DNA of 64,000 nucleotides, taken from the NCBI GenBank assembly GCA_965662845.1, contig CBFIJD010000003.1, positions 32,001-96,000 on the forward strand. Reading direction: 5' to 3'. The notes below the pieces were generated by a model. The model did not search any database. It was not told the DNA's origin and was given only the letters and a program-made list of their open reading frames with translations. The stretch is from an uncultured bacterium (lineage in GTDB: Bacteria; SAR324; NAC60-12). The position numbers were made by a program, and so were the translations under genes. How positions within the stretch are numbered: position 1 is the stretch's first letter; each line of letters starts with the position of its first letter. Positions 42,540 to 53,527 of the stretch are shown piece after piece.

Positions 42540-45206
42540 ATGTCCAATATGAGAGTGTTTGAGCTGGCCAAGGAGATGGATATGCCAGCCAAACAACTGC
42601 TCCAGCGCATCAAAAAAATCGGCATCCCCGTCTCCAGCAACTTCAACGCACTCACTGACGAGCAGATCGCGCTGATCCGCAAAAAAATCGGGGGCGCCGC
42701 GAGCACCGCCGCACAAAACAAACACACCGGCACCGGCATGAGCCGTGTCATCTCCACTCGTGGCCCTGAAGGCTCTGTGACTGAAACACGAGAGATTGAA
42801 GGTGATGCGCTCATCGGAGGGAAACGCCCACGGCGCATTCGCCGCAAGCGCAACGAAGAAGAGTTGGAAAGCACCACGACGACCGACGCAGCCGAAACCT
42901 CAACAGCCGAAACCGTCGAAACGACAGAAATGCCGAACGTCGAGGTCGCGACAGAAGCAGAGCCGATCACTCCAACCACTCCGCCACAGGAAGATGAGCC
43001 CCCCACAGACCCGTCTCCTGAAGCAGAAGCCAACGCCACTGCAGAAGCAGCCTCAGAGGCGCCCCCAGAAGCAGAGCCTCTGCCGGCAGCAGACACAGCA
43101 GCCCCCCCAGCAGAACCAAGCGCTCCGGCGAGCGCTCCTGCCGCAGAAACTCTCCAGCCTCCAACAGCAGCGGAAGACAAGAAAGAGACCGAGAGTGAGG
43201 CCGAGCGAAAACAGCGAGAACGCAAATCAGAGAAGAAAGGCAGCAAGCATCGCCACCGCTCCAAAGCGGAAGAAGAGGAAGAGCAACGACAAGCAGAACG
43301 CCGACGTGCCCGCAAAGACGCTCCACCACCAATCGTCCCAACCGCGATCAGCGAGGACTCCGAAGAAGAGCTTCCACGGAGAAAACAACGCAAATCGGAG
43401 AAGCGACGTGACCGTCGTGGCCGAGAGATCACGCAAGAGAAGCATGTCTTCAACCCCCGCAAAAAGAGCATCAAGATCGGGAATCACGTCACTGTGGGTG
43501 AGTTGGCCAGCCTGATCGGCATCAAAGTCCCTGAGATCCTCAAGAAATTGATGGCGAACGGCATCATGGCCAACATCAACCAGAGCATCCCAGGCGAGAC
43601 CGCCGCGCTCATCGCCACCGACTTTGATGTGGAAGTGACCCAAGAGACCGTCAACATTGAAGATGTCCTCACAGAGAAAGACTCCGGTGAAGACCTCCGG
43701 GAACGCGCGCCCATCGTCACCATCATGGGGCACGTCGATCACGGGAAGACCTCTCTGCTTGATAAAATTCGCTCTGCTAAAGTCACCGAAGGCGAAGCCG
43801 GTGGGATCACCCAACACATCGGCGCCTACCACGTCGAGCACAACGAGCACAACATCACCTTCTTGGATACTCCGGGCCACGAGGCTTTCACCGCGATGCG
43901 CGCCCGCGGCGCGAATGTGACCGACATTGTCGTGCTCGTTGTCGCTGCTGACGACCGCGTCCAGCCTCAAACCGTGGAAGCCATCCACCACGCCCAGGCC
44001 GCGGAAGTCCCCATCATCGTCGCGGTCAACAAAGTCGATAAACCCGACGCCAATCCGCAGAAAATCGAACAAGAGCTCTTGGAGCACAACCTCGTCTCCG
44101 AACAGCTTGGGGGAGACACGATTCTCGTGCCCGTCTCTGCGAAGAGCGGCGAAGGAATCGACAACCTCCTTGAGATGATTCTGCTACAAGCCGAAGTCCT
44201 AGAATTGAAGGCTTTCCACGGAGGTCTGGGGCGCGGCACAATTATCGAATCCCACGTCAGCCGAGGCAAAGGCGCGGTCGGCACGGTGCTGATCCAGCGA
44301 GGGACTCTGCGCGTGGGCGACTTCTTCCTCGTCGGCACCACCTGCGGTCGTGTGCGCGCAATGTATGATGATCATGGCCACCCGCTCAAAGAGAGCTTCC
44401 CTGCGATTCCTGTGGAGATCACCGGATTCGACAGCGTCCCAGCCACCGGAGAGACACTGGTGGTCATGGAAGACGAAAAAATGGCGCGCCAGATTGTGCA
44501 GCAACGCCTCGAAGAACATAAGCAAGCCAACGCGAGCCAACTGCAAAAAACGAATCTGGAGAACATCTTCAGTCGCTTGGAAGAAACGGGCAGTGTTGAG
44601 CTCAATCTGCTCCTCAAAGCCGACGTGCAAGGCTCTGTCGAAGCGCTGAAAAACTCGCTCTCTCAGCTGGGGAACGAACAGGTGTCCGTGCGGTTCATTC
44701 ACACAGGCGTGGGCAGCGTGACCGAGACAGACGTCGTCTTGGCCTCTGCCTCGGACGCGATCATCATCGCGTTCAACGTCACCGCCGATGCCAAAGCCCG
44801 AGAAGCCCGCTCTCGAGAAGGCGTTGACATGCGCTTGTATGACGTCATCTACAACGCGATTGACGATGTGAAAGCCGCCTTGGAGGGCATGCTTGCTCCA
44901 GAAATCCGCGAAGAAGTCATCGGCCACGCGCGTGTTGATAAGATCTTCAACGCTAACAAGCTGGGCATGATCCTCGGTTGTCTGGTCACAGATGGGAAGA
45001 TCCTGCGCGGGGCCTACGCGCGCATCTCTCGCGGCGAAGAGATGATCCACGAGGGACAAATCGCCTCGCTCAAACGCTTCAAAGATGACGTTAAGGAAGT
45101 CACTCAGAACTACGAGTGTGGGATCGTCTTGGATTTCCAAGAGGCCGCCGAAGGGGACATCATTGAGGCCTATATTCAGGTCGAAGAATCCGCGACTCTG
45201 AGCTGA
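42540..45206 (+). CDS. infB: Translation initiation factor IF-2
   Basis: [34 protein letters not shown]. Confidence 0.98.
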   Translation: MSNMRVFELAKEMDMPAKQLLQRIKKIGIPVSSNFNALTDEQIALIRKKIGGAASTAAQNKHTGTGMSRVISTRGPEGSVTETREIEGDALIGGKRPRRIRRKRNEEELESTTTTDAAETSTAETVETTEMPNVEVATEAEPITPTTPPQEDEPPTDPSPEAEANATAEAASEAPPEAEPLPAADTAAPPAEPSAPASAPAAETLQPPTAAEDKKETESEAERKQRERKSEKKGSKHRHRSKAEEEEEQRQAERRRARKDAPPPIVPTAISEDSEEELPRRKQRKSEKRRDRRGREITQEKHVFNPRKKSIKIGNHVTVGELASLIGIKVPEILKKLMANGIMANINQSIPGETAALIATDFDVEVTQETVNIEDVLTEKDSGEDLRERAPIVTIMGHVDHGKTSLLDKIRSAKVTEGEAGGITQHIGAYHVEHNEHNITFLDTPGHEAFTAMRARGANVTDIVVLVVAADDRVQPQTVEAIHHAQAAEVPIIVAVNKVDKPDANPQKIEQELLEHNLVSEQLGGDTILVPVSAKSGEGIDNLLEMILLQAEVLELKAFHGGLGRGTIIESHVSRGKGAVGTVLIQRGTLRVGDFFLVGTTCGRVRAMYDDHGHPLKESFPAIPVEITGFDSVPATGETLVVMEDEKMARQIVQQRLEEHKQANASQLQKTNLENIFSRLEETGSVELNLLLKADVQGSVEALKNSLSQLGNEQVSVRFIHTGVGSVTETDVVLASASDAIIIAFNVTADAKAREARSREGVDMRLYDVIYNAIDDVKAALEGMLAPEIREEVIGHARVDKIFNANKLGMILGCLVTDGKILRGAYARISRGEEMIHEGQIASLKRFKDDVKEVTQNYECGIVLDFQEAAEGDIIEAYIQVEESATLS

Positions 45207-45207
45207 G

Positions 45208-45585
45208 ATGCGAGCACGCAAAGACTCTCCTACAGGAGTCCTCATCCAGCGCAAACTCGCCGAGATTCTCTTGCGCGAGAGCAAGGATCCACGCTTTCAG
45301 CAGGTCACCATCAGTCGCGTAGAGGCCGCTCGAGACAACTCCTTCGCCAAAGTGTATGTCTCCATGTTTCCCAGTGATCACGCCGAGGCAGTGGTCACTT
45401 CGCTCAATCGGGCGGCAGGGTTCTTCAGCCACCGCCTAGGCAAAGCCTTGTCGACACGGAATACGCCCAAGCTGCAATTTCATTTTGATGCGGGATTTGA
45501 CTACAGCGTGGAACTCGAGCAGACGCTGCGCAAAGTAAACACGCCCGAAGACGAAGCCTCCCATGCTCCGGATTCTGAACATTGA
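45208..45585 (+). CDS. rbfA: Ribosome-binding factor A
   Basis: KDPR, AKVYVS, TPKLQF; synteny. Confidence 0.92.
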   Translation: MRARKDSPTGVLIQRKLAEILLRESKDPRFQQVTISRVEAARDNSFAKVYVSMFPSDHAEAVVTSLNRAAGFFSHRLGKALSTRNTPKLQFHFDAGFDYSVELEQTLRKVNTPEDEASHAPDSEH

Positions 45586-46462
45586 CAAGCCCGTTGGGTG
45601 GACCTCTTTCGACGTTGTGCGCTTCTTGCGTCGTCACTTTCAGGAAAAAAAAGCAGGGCACTTAGGGACCTTAGACCCGTTGGCTTCAGGAGTTCTGCCC
45701 GTTTTTTTAGGAAAAGCGACGAAGTTGATTTCGCTGTTCAATGAACAAGACAAAGTGTATCGTGCGACCCTTCGTTTTGGCGTGCGCACCGATACTTTCG
45801 ACGCCGAGGGACAGATTCTTGAAGAACGCGATGCGTCCCAACTCACAGAGCACCAAGTCCTCCGCTGGCTGCAGACCCATGAGGGCTGGCAAGAACAAGC
45901 AACGCCTGCGTATTCTGCGGTCAAGATCAACGGGGTGCCGGCCTACGAGCTGGCACGCCGAGGCCACACCGTAGAGACCAAGTCGCGGCGCGTCTGTTTG
46001 GAAGCTCTGCGCTTAGAGCGGTTCACGGCGCCCGATGCAGAGATTACCGTGCACTGCTCCAAGGGGACTTACATCCGCGCGCTCGCCGAGCAGATCGGCC
46101 AAGACCTCGGCGTCGGCGCTCACTTGATCGCGCTGCGGCGCTTAGGCTGCGGCCTCACCTTTCAGATTGAAGACGCCATCTCGCCTGACGAGCTTGCGCA
46201 ACACGATTCGCCGCTGATAGACCCCGCGCGGGTTCTTCAAACCTTTCCAAAGCTGCAACTGTCTCCTGCAGACCGCGGAAAAATCGCTCAGGGACAGGCT
46301 GTGCGGGTTCCTTCGCCATTACCCCAGCAGACTGTCTCACTTGGTTCTACTACAAACGACTGGTATCAAGTCGGCGACGAAACACCGGAAATCTGGGCCC
46401 TAGGCTGCCTCCGGCAAGATGCGCACGGATACCTCTTCCAACCGAACAAAGTTTTGATTTGA
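45563..46462 (+). CDS. truB: tRNA pseudouridine(55) synthase
   Basis: [32 protein letters not shown]. Confidence 0.96.
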   Translation: MLRILNIDKPVGWTSFDVVRFLRRHFQEKKAGHLGTLDPLASGVLPVFLGKATKLISLFNEQDKVYRATLRFGVRTDTFDAEGQILEERDASQLTEHQVLRWLQTHEGWQEQATPAYSAVKINGVPAYELARRGHTVETKSRRVCLEALRLERFTAPDAEITVHCSKGTYIRALAEQIGQDLGVGAHLIALRRLGCGLTFQIEDAISPDELAQHDSPLIDPARVLQTFPKLQLSPADRGKIAQGQAVRVPSPLPQQTVSLGSTTNDWYQVGDETPEIWALGCLRQDAHGYLFQPNKVLI

Positions 46463-46475
46463 GGAGTTCTCTCTC

Positions 46476-46745
46476 ATGTTGACCAAAGAACAGAAAAACG
46501 AACTCATCCGCACCTATGGCAAAGATGAGAAAGACAGTGGCTCGACCGAAGTACAAATTGCGCTGCTCACAGCTCGCATCACCTACCTCACCGAGCACTT
46601 TAAAAAGCAGCCCAAAGATTTCCACTCCCGTCGGGGCCTGCTACGTCTTGTTGGACGTCGCCGCAATCTGCTCAAGTACCTCAAAGCTCAGAGCCCAGAA
46701 GTGCACCAAGAGCTGACCGCAAAGCTCGGCATCCGCAACAAATAA
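46476..46745 (+). CDS. rpsO: 30S ribosomal protein S15
   Basis: [22 protein letters not shown]. Confidence 0.98.
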   Translation: MLTKEQKNELIRTYGKDEKDSGSTEVQIALLTARITYLTEHFKKQPKDFHSRRGLLRLVGRRRNLLKYLKAQSPEVHQELTAKLGIRNK

Positions 46746-46967
46746 TCTCTGACGCGGGCTCGTGTCCGCGTTCCCAACCCCGCTCATCCGCAAACAGGAA
46801 ACCCCCTGCAACTGGTCACGTCGTTCGTCACGCTCTCTCCTGTCGCTCGCTCTTCGCATCCCGACTCTTTCGGCACGTTGTCGCGTGGGGGCTATCCGTC
46901 CCTACAGACATCCACGAACGCGCATCTGATCATTTCGTCTAATCTCCCTTCATTTTAAGGAGCCCTC

Positions 46968-49043
46968 ATGGAAACCGTAGAAGTCGCCTTTGGTAAGGCT
47001 ACTCTCTCAATTGAAACCGGCAAAATGGCCAAGCAGGCCAACGGATCGGTCCTCGTTCGCTACGGAGACACCGTTGTCCTCGTCGCCGCCACCGCCGAAA
47101 AAGGATCTGGCGCAGGCGCCGACTTCTTTCCTCTCTCTGTTCACTATGTTGAAAAATCGTATGCCGCAGGCCGTATCCCTGGCGGATTTTTCAAGCGAGA
47201 AGGCCGCCTCTCCGATGCAGAGACCTTGATTTCTCGCTTGATTGATCGCCCTCTGCGCCCTTCTTTTGACGAGAACTATCTCGCCGAAACGCTGATCATG
47301 GCGACCGTTCTCAGCTATGACCTCGAAAATGAAGCTGACGTCGCCGCGATGGTCGGCGCCTCTGCGGCCCTAGCGATCTCAGACATTCCCTTCTACCAAC
47401 CCATCGCAGGTGCTCGAGTCGGGCGCATCGACGGCGAGTTTGTGCTCAATCCTTCCAAGGAGCAGCAAGCCGAGAGCGAGCTCAACATCTTCATGGCTGC
47501 ATCAAAAGACGCCATTTTGATGGTAGAAGGCGAAGCCCGCGAAGTGAGCGAGACCGTCATGTTGGACGCGTTGTGGTTCGGACACGAACAAATGCAGCCG
47601 GTCATCGCCATGCAAGAAGACTTGATGAAGCGCTGTGGCAAGCCCAAGCGTGAGGTCAGCGTGCCTGAGATCAACGCCGACTTGCGCGAGAAAGTCACCG
47701 CGCTCAGCTTACCGAAAATGCAGGAAGCGCTACAGATCACCGATAAGCAAGAGCGCTATCAGCGACTGGACGAAGTGAAAGACGAAGTGCTCAGCGAATA
47801 CTTTGGGGACGCAACCCCCGAAGAAGAAGCCTTAGGCCAAGCCAAGACCGTCATCAGCGATGTGAAGAAGCGCACCATGCGTGAGCGCATCCTCAGTGAC
47901 CAAATCCGCATCGACGGGCGCGGCCCCAAAGAGATTCGGCCCATCGAGTGCGAAACGCGCATCCTGCCGCGCGCGCACGGCTCGGCTTTGTTCACACGTG
48001 GTGAAACGCAAGCCCTCGCCGTAGCGACCCTGGGCACGCAAGAAGATGAGCAGATGACTGACTCTCTCTCTGGGACGTCGTACAAAAACTTTATGCTGCA
48101 CTACAACTTCCCCAGCTTCTGCGTTGGAGAAGCCCGCCCCCCGCGTGGCCCTGGACGCCGTGAGATTGGCCACGGTCACCTCGCCGAGCGCGGCCTCAGC
48201 GGCATGCTCCCAACAAAAGAAATCTTCCCCTACACCGTACGTTTGGTTTCCGAAGTGCTGGAATCCAACGGTTCTTCTTCCATGGCGACGGTCTGTGCCG
48301 GTTCGCTCGCGATGATGGACGCTGGCATCCCCTTGAAAGCGGCGACGGCTGGCATCGCGATGGGGCTGATCTACGATGACGGAAAAACTTCTATTTTGTC
48401 AGACATCTTGGGAGATGAAGATCACCTCGGCGACATGGACTTCAAGGTCGTCGGCACGACGGAAGGCATCACCGCTCTGCAAATGGACATCAAAATCAAA
48501 GGGCTCACCCGTGAGATTGTCCAGCAATCTTTAGAGCAAGCTCGTGAAGGCCGCCTGCACATCCTCGGCATCATGAATGAGTCTATTGAGAAGCCACGCG
48601 CGGGGCTGTCGAGCCACGCGCCTCGCTTCGTCACCCACAAGATTCCACCCGACAAGATCGCAGCAGTCATTGGCCCAGGCGGGAAGGTCATCAAAGGCAT
48701 CGTTGAGAAGACCGGCGTCAAGATCAATATCTCCGACGACGGCATCGTCTCCATCGCCTCTCGTGATCACAAGGCGGTCGACGCTGCGCTGCAAATCGTT
48801 CAGGATCTGACCCGCACCGTGGAGATCGGCGCGACCTACAAAGGAACCGTCAAACGTGTGGTGGACTTTGGGGCTTTCGTAGAAGTTCTGCCCAACACCG
48901 AAGGCTTAGTGCACATCTCGAACTTGGCCGAAGGGCGCGTGGGCCGCGTCACCGACGTGGTGCGTGAAGGCGACGTCGTCGACGTCAAGGCCATGGGTCT
49001 TGACAAGCGTGGCAAGCTCCAGCTCAGCATCAAAGACGTCTGA
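46968..49043 (+). CDS. pnp: Polynucleotide phosphorylase
   Basis: GRIPGGFFKREG, FTRGETQ, ESNGSSSMA, DHLGDMDFKV, KH and S1 domains. Confidence 0.98.
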   Translation: METVEVAFGKATLSIETGKMAKQANGSVLVRYGDTVVLVAATAEKGSGAGADFFPLSVHYVEKSYAAGRIPGGFFKREGRLSDAETLISRLIDRPLRPSFDENYLAETLIMATVLSYDLENEADVAAMVGASAALAISDIPFYQPIAGARVGRIDGEFVLNPSKEQQAESELNIFMAASKDAILMVEGEAREVSETVMLDALWFGHEQMQPVIAMQEDLMKRCGKPKREVSVPEINADLREKVTALSLPKMQEALQITDKQERYQRLDEVKDEVLSEYFGDATPEEEALGQAKTVISDVKKRTMRERILSDQIRIDGRGPKEIRPIECETRILPRAHGSALFTRGETQALAVATLGTQEDEQMTDSLSGTSYKNFMLHYNFPSFCVGEARPPRGPGRREIGHGHLAERGLSGMLPTKEIFPYTVRLVSEVLESNGSSSMATVCAGSLAMMDAGIPLKAATAGIAMGLIYDDGKTSILSDILGDEDHLGDMDFKVVGTTEGITALQMDIKIKGLTREIVQQSLEQAREGRLHILGIMNESIEKPRAGLSSHAPRFVTHKIPPDKIAAVIGPGGKVIKGIVEKTGVKINISDDGIVSIASRDHKAVDAALQIVQDLTRTVEIGATYKGTVKRVVDFGAFVEVLPNTEGLVHISNLAEGRVGRVTDVVREGDVVDVKAMGLDKRGKLQLSIKDV

Positions 49044-49067
49044 GCCTTCGCACAAAAGCTGCATCTC

Positions 49068-49090
49068 CAGTCGGCATTGTTTGCCGACTG
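49068..49090 (+). terminator. Hairpin downstream of pnp (no strong U-tract)
   Basis: CAGTCGGCA-ttgtt-TGCCGACTG perfect 9-bp stem. Confidence 0.45.
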
Positions 49091-49140
49091 CGACGGGTCC
49101 TTCGCCCCGCCGCTTCCTCGTTTTTAGTCAGGAGAACCTC

Positions 49141-49992
49141 ATGAAGACTTGGTCTAGTTTCTTCGGTCTGTTGCTGCTCAGCGGCACAGCTTTTGGTGAA
49201 TCCATCGACGAGCGCTGTCTACAAAACGGAACCTCCGCTTGCGTAGACTGGGAAAACGGCGTGGTGCTCGCGGATGGCATCGGTGTTCCTTCGGAGAGCG
49301 CCCGCTCGGAAGCACAGCGCAGCGCTAGCGCACAACGTGCCGCTCGTTTAGATGCCGCCCGTAACGCCCTAGAGATGGTCAAAGGCATCAACCTCAGCTC
49401 CAACACAACGATGGAAGAGGCGATGGTCACCAGCGACAGCATCCGCTCTCAAGTACAGGGCAAGGTCTATGGCTTGCGCCCGATGGGAGAACCACGCTAC
49501 TTCTCCGATGGCAGCGTGAAAGTCCGCGTCGAAGCCCAGCTGCGACAGATGGTGCCACAGGTCGCGTTCTTTCAACCTCCTGTAGAGATCGCGCCTCCCG
49601 TAGAGATCACCTCTGCTAGCGACAACGCCCCTACCCGCATTGACATGAACCGCGTGTACACCGGACTGGTGATCGATGCCCGCGGAACCGGAGCGCAACC
49701 CGCGATGTCGCCACGTGTCTTTGACGAAGAAGGCAAAGAACTCTACGGATCCGCCTACGTCGACCGTGAGTTTGTGCTCAAGCACGGCATGGCTGGCTAT
49801 GTCAAAACCTTAGAACAAGCCCAAGAGAATGACCGCGTCGAAGGCAACCCGCTAGTCCTCAAGGCCGTCGGGATTGCAGGCGAGAACAAGACCGATCTCG
49901 TCTTGAGTGACAGCGACGCCGACCGCCTGCGGGAGCTTGCCGCCAACCTCAACTTCCTGCGGGAAGCCCGCGTCGTCATCCTCGTCGACTAA
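49141..49992 (+). CDS. Exported LPP20-like protein
   Basis: AGGAG SD, signal peptide, VDWENG, AQRAARLDAARN, YTGLVIDARG. Confidence 0.7.
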   Translation: MKTWSSFFGLLLLSGTAFGESIDERCLQNGTSACVDWENGVVLADGIGVPSESARSEAQRSASAQRAARLDAARNALEMVKGINLSSNTTMEEAMVTSDSIRSQVQGKVYGLRPMGEPRYFSDGSVKVRVEAQLRQMVPQVAFFQPPVEIAPPVEITSASDNAPTRIDMNRVYTGLVIDARGTGAQPAMSPRVFDEEGKELYGSAYVDREFVLKHGMAGYVKTLEQAQENDRVEGNPLVLKAVGIAGENKTDLVLSDSDADRLRELAANLNFLREARVVILVD

Positions 49993-50007
49993 CCGCCTCC
50001 TGATCTC

Positions 50008-50032
50008 GCAGGGCGAAGCAATTTCGCCTTGC
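50008..50032. repeat. REP-like palindrome
   Basis: GCAGGGCGAA-gcaat-TTCGCCTTGC; similar to 53419-53446. Confidence 0.45.
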
Positions 50033-50116
50033 TCTCCTCCTCGTTCGCAGTACTCTCCTCTTTTTCGCCGCCAATGAAGACGGCACCCGCGCATCTCGTA
50101 TCCTTGGTGAGGTCTT

Positions 50117-51394
50117 ATGAAAAATTCTTGGTTTAGAATGTGTCAACGCTTCTTAGTCGCAATCGCTCTCGTCTCCACTTTTGCTCTGGTCTCATGCGCC
50201 AGCGGAGACTCTGACTCTGCATTCGATAACATCACCGACAGCCTCAACACCGATTTGGTCGCCGATGACAGCGATGAAAACTCCGAAGGCGATGGCGCAG
50301 ACACCAGCACAGACGACGACAGCGACAGTGACTCAGACACCACAGACACCAGCGACAGTGACTCAGACACCACAGACACCAGCGACAGTGACTCAGACAC
50401 TAGCGCAGACGACGACAGCGACAGCGACTCAGACACTAGCGCAGACGACGACAGCGACAGCGACTCAGACACCAGCGACAGTGACTCAGACACCAGCGCA
50501 GACGATACAGACAGCTCCGATGCGACAGATGATTCCGAAGATGATTCCGATGCGTCTGACAGCGACTCAGGGAGCGCCGTTGTGGAGGTCGCCTATTCCT
50601 GCGCCGAGATGGTCGGCGACAATGTCAACAACGGGAACACCTACACGTATGCGAAGTTAGGGACCACGCACACCCATCAATCGGCGGTCACCGTGTCAGG
50701 GAGCAGCTGTGTGGTCTCGGGCAACGGCGTCCCCGACCATGACTTCGGGATTGCGAATGCGCCGGGGTCAGACTTCGCAGAGAACGCAAAAGAATACACC
50801 GTCACGACTTCCCCCACCCAAGCCGCCGCCTCCACAGCGCTGAGCCTGCGGATCGTGGACGGGGTCGTGCTCAACGGTCTGCCCATCGACTTCTTCCCCA
50901 ACGAGTGTTACGAGAAAGACCAAGGAGACACTACGAGCTGCGACGGCTCCGACTACATGTACAACCCTGGGACCTCTGACACCGCCATCGCCAACCGCCT
51001 AGGCTTCGACAACAACAACGCGCATCCGCAGCCCGATGGAACCTATCACTACCACGGAGACCCCAAAAACTATGCCGCAGACACCCTCAACCCTGTGGCC
51101 TACGCCGGTGACGGATTCCCCATCTATGCGTACTATCAAGATGCAAATGGAGACGCTCAAAGAGCGACCTCTGGCTACACCCTGAAGTCAGGAACGCGTA
51201 CCGGTGGTGGCGGCGGTGCCTACGACGGAAAGTACATGAGCGACCATGAGTTCACCAACGTGGGCAATTTGGACGAGTGCAACGGCTCCGATCAGCTCAC
51301 TGCCGATGGCTCTTACGCCTATTACTTCACCGATGACTTTCCCTATCTTCCCTACTGCTTGAAGGGCACACTCGACGATTCCTTCAACAAATAA
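50117..51394 (+). CDS. YHYH-domain lipoprotein with Ser-Asp repeat linker
   Basis: Lipobox LVSC; SD/TD repeats; NGVPDH, HPQPDGTYHYH, DGFPIY, LDECNG. Confidence 0.85.
   Translation: MKNSWFRMCQRFLVAIALVSTFALVSCASGDSDSAFDNITDSLNTDLVADDSDENSEGDGADTSTDDDSDSDSDTTDTSDSDSDTTDTSDSDSDTSADDDSDSDSDTSADDDSDSDSDTSDSDSDTSADDTDSSDATDDSEDDSDASDSDSGSAVVEVAYSCAEMVGDNVNNGNTYTYAKLGTTHTHQSAVTVSGSSCVVSGNGVPDHDFGIANAPGSDFAENAKEYTVTTSPTQAAASTALSLRIVDGVVLNGLPIDFFPNECYEKDQGDTTSCDGSDYMYNPGTSDTAIANRLGFDNNNAHPQPDGTYHYHGDPKNYAADTLNPVAYAGDGFPIYAYYQDANGDAQRATSGYTLKSGTRTGGGGGAYDGKYMSDHEFTNVGNLDECNGSDQLTADGSYAYYFTDDFPYLPYCLKGTLDDSFNK
50300..50570 (+). repeat. 30- and 36-bp tandem repeats encoding SDSDSDT
   Basis: AGCGACAGTGACTCAGACAC at 50321, 50351, 50381; variant AGCGACAGCGACTCAGACAC at 50417, 50453. 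Confidence 0.9.
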
Positions 51395-51448
51395 TCGCTT
51401 CTTGGCAGCGCTCACTTCTGGTGGGCGCCGCGCGCTGATCTCCTGCCC

Positions 51449-53380
51449 ATGACCACCTCGCTGTCCTCCCAAAAAATTCGCATCCTCCCTGAGTCGCTGA
51501 TCAACAAGATTGCCGCTGGCGAGGTCGTCGAACGCCCGGCCTCTGTGGTCAAGGAGCTGGTTGAGAACGCGATCGATGCGGGCTCCTCACAGCTGCAAGT
51601 GACCGTCAAAAACGGAGGCAAAGACCTGATCCAAGTCCTGGACAACGGCGGGGGTATGAGCGAAGCCGACGCACGCTTTGCCGTCGAACGCCACGCGACC
51701 AGCAAGATTTACACAGACGACGACCTGTTCCAGATTGAGACCCTCGGCTTCCGTGGAGAAGCGCTGGCTTCCATCGCGGCTGTGTCTCACTTTGAGCTCA
51801 CGACATGCGCAGGCGAGGACCAAAGCGGCGTGCGCTTGGTGATGAAAGGCGGGCGTTTAGAAGAGATCAGCAAGGTCGGGTTCCCCCAAGGAACCCGCAT
51901 CAAGGTCGAGCAGCTGTTCTTCAACACGCCGGCGCGTCTGAAGTTCTTGAAGAGCACACCAACCGAGATGCAGCACATCCAGCAAGGGATCATCAACCAG
52001 TCGCTGGCGCACCCAGAGCTGCAGTGCAAACTCGTGCACAATCAACAGGTGCTCTTGAGCCTCAGCGGCGACTCCACCCTTGAAGAACGCGTGCATCAGC
52101 TGTTTGGGGAAGAGTTCCGCGACGGACTCCAAGAGGTCCGACACGAAGAGACCTATCTGCGCTATCACGGCTGGATTTCGATTCCAGAGCGAGTGCGCAC
52201 CAGCCGCCGCTGGCAATATCTATTGGTCAATGGGCGCTTTGTGAAGTGTCCCTCGATTCAGCGCGCCATCTACCAAAGCTACGGCGCGTTTCTGAGCAAA
52301 ACGCAGCATCCGGCTTTTTTTCTGCACTTGCACCTCCACCCCAGCGAGATTGACGTCAACGTGCACCCTGCCAAAACAGAGATCCGCCTGCGCAACAGCC
52401 AGGTCGTGCACACGATTCTGCAAGATCACCTTGGCAAGGCGCTGCGTCACAAAACGAAGCTGCGGCTCTTTGGGCGGGAGAATGGCGCGGCGTCCCGCAC
52501 ACTTTCGGCTCCCCAAAGGCAGTCTGCGCTCCCATTAGCAGACGACCTCCCCCCTCAGCAAACGATTCAGGAAGCGCATCCCAGCGACGACACCGCGCCA
52601 GCCAGACGACCTTCGCGCTCTGCGCCCACGCCACCCACAGCGCCTGCAACCTCCCTTGACCACAGCCCTCCTTCTCGCGAGGTGCGCCAACCTGAGGTGA
52701 CGCCTCCTCCGGTGCCCCGCGCGGCGGACCAGCCCACGCCCTCCGCAACTGAAGCGCTCTCCGAGAACATTGAGCTTTGGCCGAGAGACGCGTGGCGCCA
52801 CGAACGCTTCACCCCCATTGCACAAGTCCTCGAGTGCTATCTCCTCGCAACCGAACCGGAGGGATTGGTGCTCTTTCACACACAACGCCTGCATGAGCGG
52901 CTGCTGTACGAAAAATATCGCGCGGACTTCTTGGAGAAACAGAGCGAGACGCGAGTCTTTGCGACCCCTCGCTTGTTGAATTTTTCACCGCAAGATGTCG
53001 CTCTGCTCGACGCCCTCCTCCCGCTCTTGCGGCGAGGTGGCTTTGGGATCGAACCGTTCGGTGGGCGCACCTATGCCTTGCAGCAGCAACCGCACTTGCT
53101 GCCTGAAGACAAATCCGACGCGATGCTGCTCGACCTGATCGCCCAGAGCGCGCTCTTTGGCAAGCGAGGACGCGCCGATATGCTGCAACCAGATCTATGG
53201 CAAACCGTCGCGAAACACGCCGCGCTTCCAGCAACGAGCCCCCTCCCACCGACGGCGCAACAAGCGCTCCTTGGTCAACTCGAAGGACAAGCCCTCGACA
53301 ACCGCGCGATAGACGGCGCCCCCCTCTGGTTTGCCCTCCCCCAGTCAGAGCTGAAACGCAAATTTCAGCAGCGCTTTTGA
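51449..53380 (+). CDS. mutL: DNA mismatch repair protein MutL
   Basis: IAAGEVVERPASVVKELVENAID, RHATSK, GFRGEALAS, DVNVHPAK. Confidence 0.96.
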   Translation: MTTSLSSQKIRILPESLINKIAAGEVVERPASVVKELVENAIDAGSSQLQVTVKNGGKDLIQVLDNGGGMSEADARFAVERHATSKIYTDDDLFQIETLGFRGEALASIAAVSHFELTTCAGEDQSGVRLVMKGGRLEEISKVGFPQGTRIKVEQLFFNTPARLKFLKSTPTEMQHIQQGIINQSLAHPELQCKLVHNQQVLLSLSGDSTLEERVHQLFGEEFRDGLQEVRHEETYLRYHGWISIPERVRTSRRWQYLLVNGRFVKCPSIQRAIYQSYGAFLSKTQHPAFFLHLHLHPSEIDVNVHPAKTEIRLRNSQVVHTILQDHLGKALRHKTKLRLFGRENGAASRTLSAPQRQSALPLADDLPPQQTIQEAHPSDDTAPARRPSRSAPTPPTAPATSLDHSPPSREVRQPEVTPPPVPRAADQPTPSATEALSENIELWPRDAWRHERFTPIAQVLECYLLATEPEGLVLFHTQRLHERLLYEKYRADFLEKQSETRVFATPRLLNFSPQDVALLDALLPLLRRGGFGIEPFGGRTYALQQQPHLLPEDKSDAMLLDLIAQSALFGKRGRADMLQPDLWQTVAKHAALPATSPLPPTAQQALLGQLEGQALDNRAIDGAPLWFALPQSELKRKFQQRF

Positions 53381-53418
53381 TCCTTCCCGACCGTCAAACC
53401 TGGCGCGAACGTGAATGG

Positions 53419-53446
53419 GTAGGGGCGAAATAATTCTCGCCCTTGC
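53419..53446. repeat. GTAG-type REP-like palindrome
   Basis: GTAGGGGCGA-aataattc-TCGCCCTTGC. Confidence 0.5.
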
Positions 53447-53527
53447 TGGCTCAGCTTCGCTCACTTGTCTTTTGACAGTAGACCAACTAATCAATGCTTT
53501 TTGTCATACCATAATTAGGAGTTCTGC

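Noticed and set aside
42446..45284. Long minus-strand ORFs opposite infB (similar ones lie opposite the LOV kinase, SBP, mtnA and TK)
   Set aside because: Antisense artefacts of GC-rich codon usage.
50300..50570. Possible CRISPR or iteron repeats
   Set aside because: In-frame Ser-Asp coding repeats.
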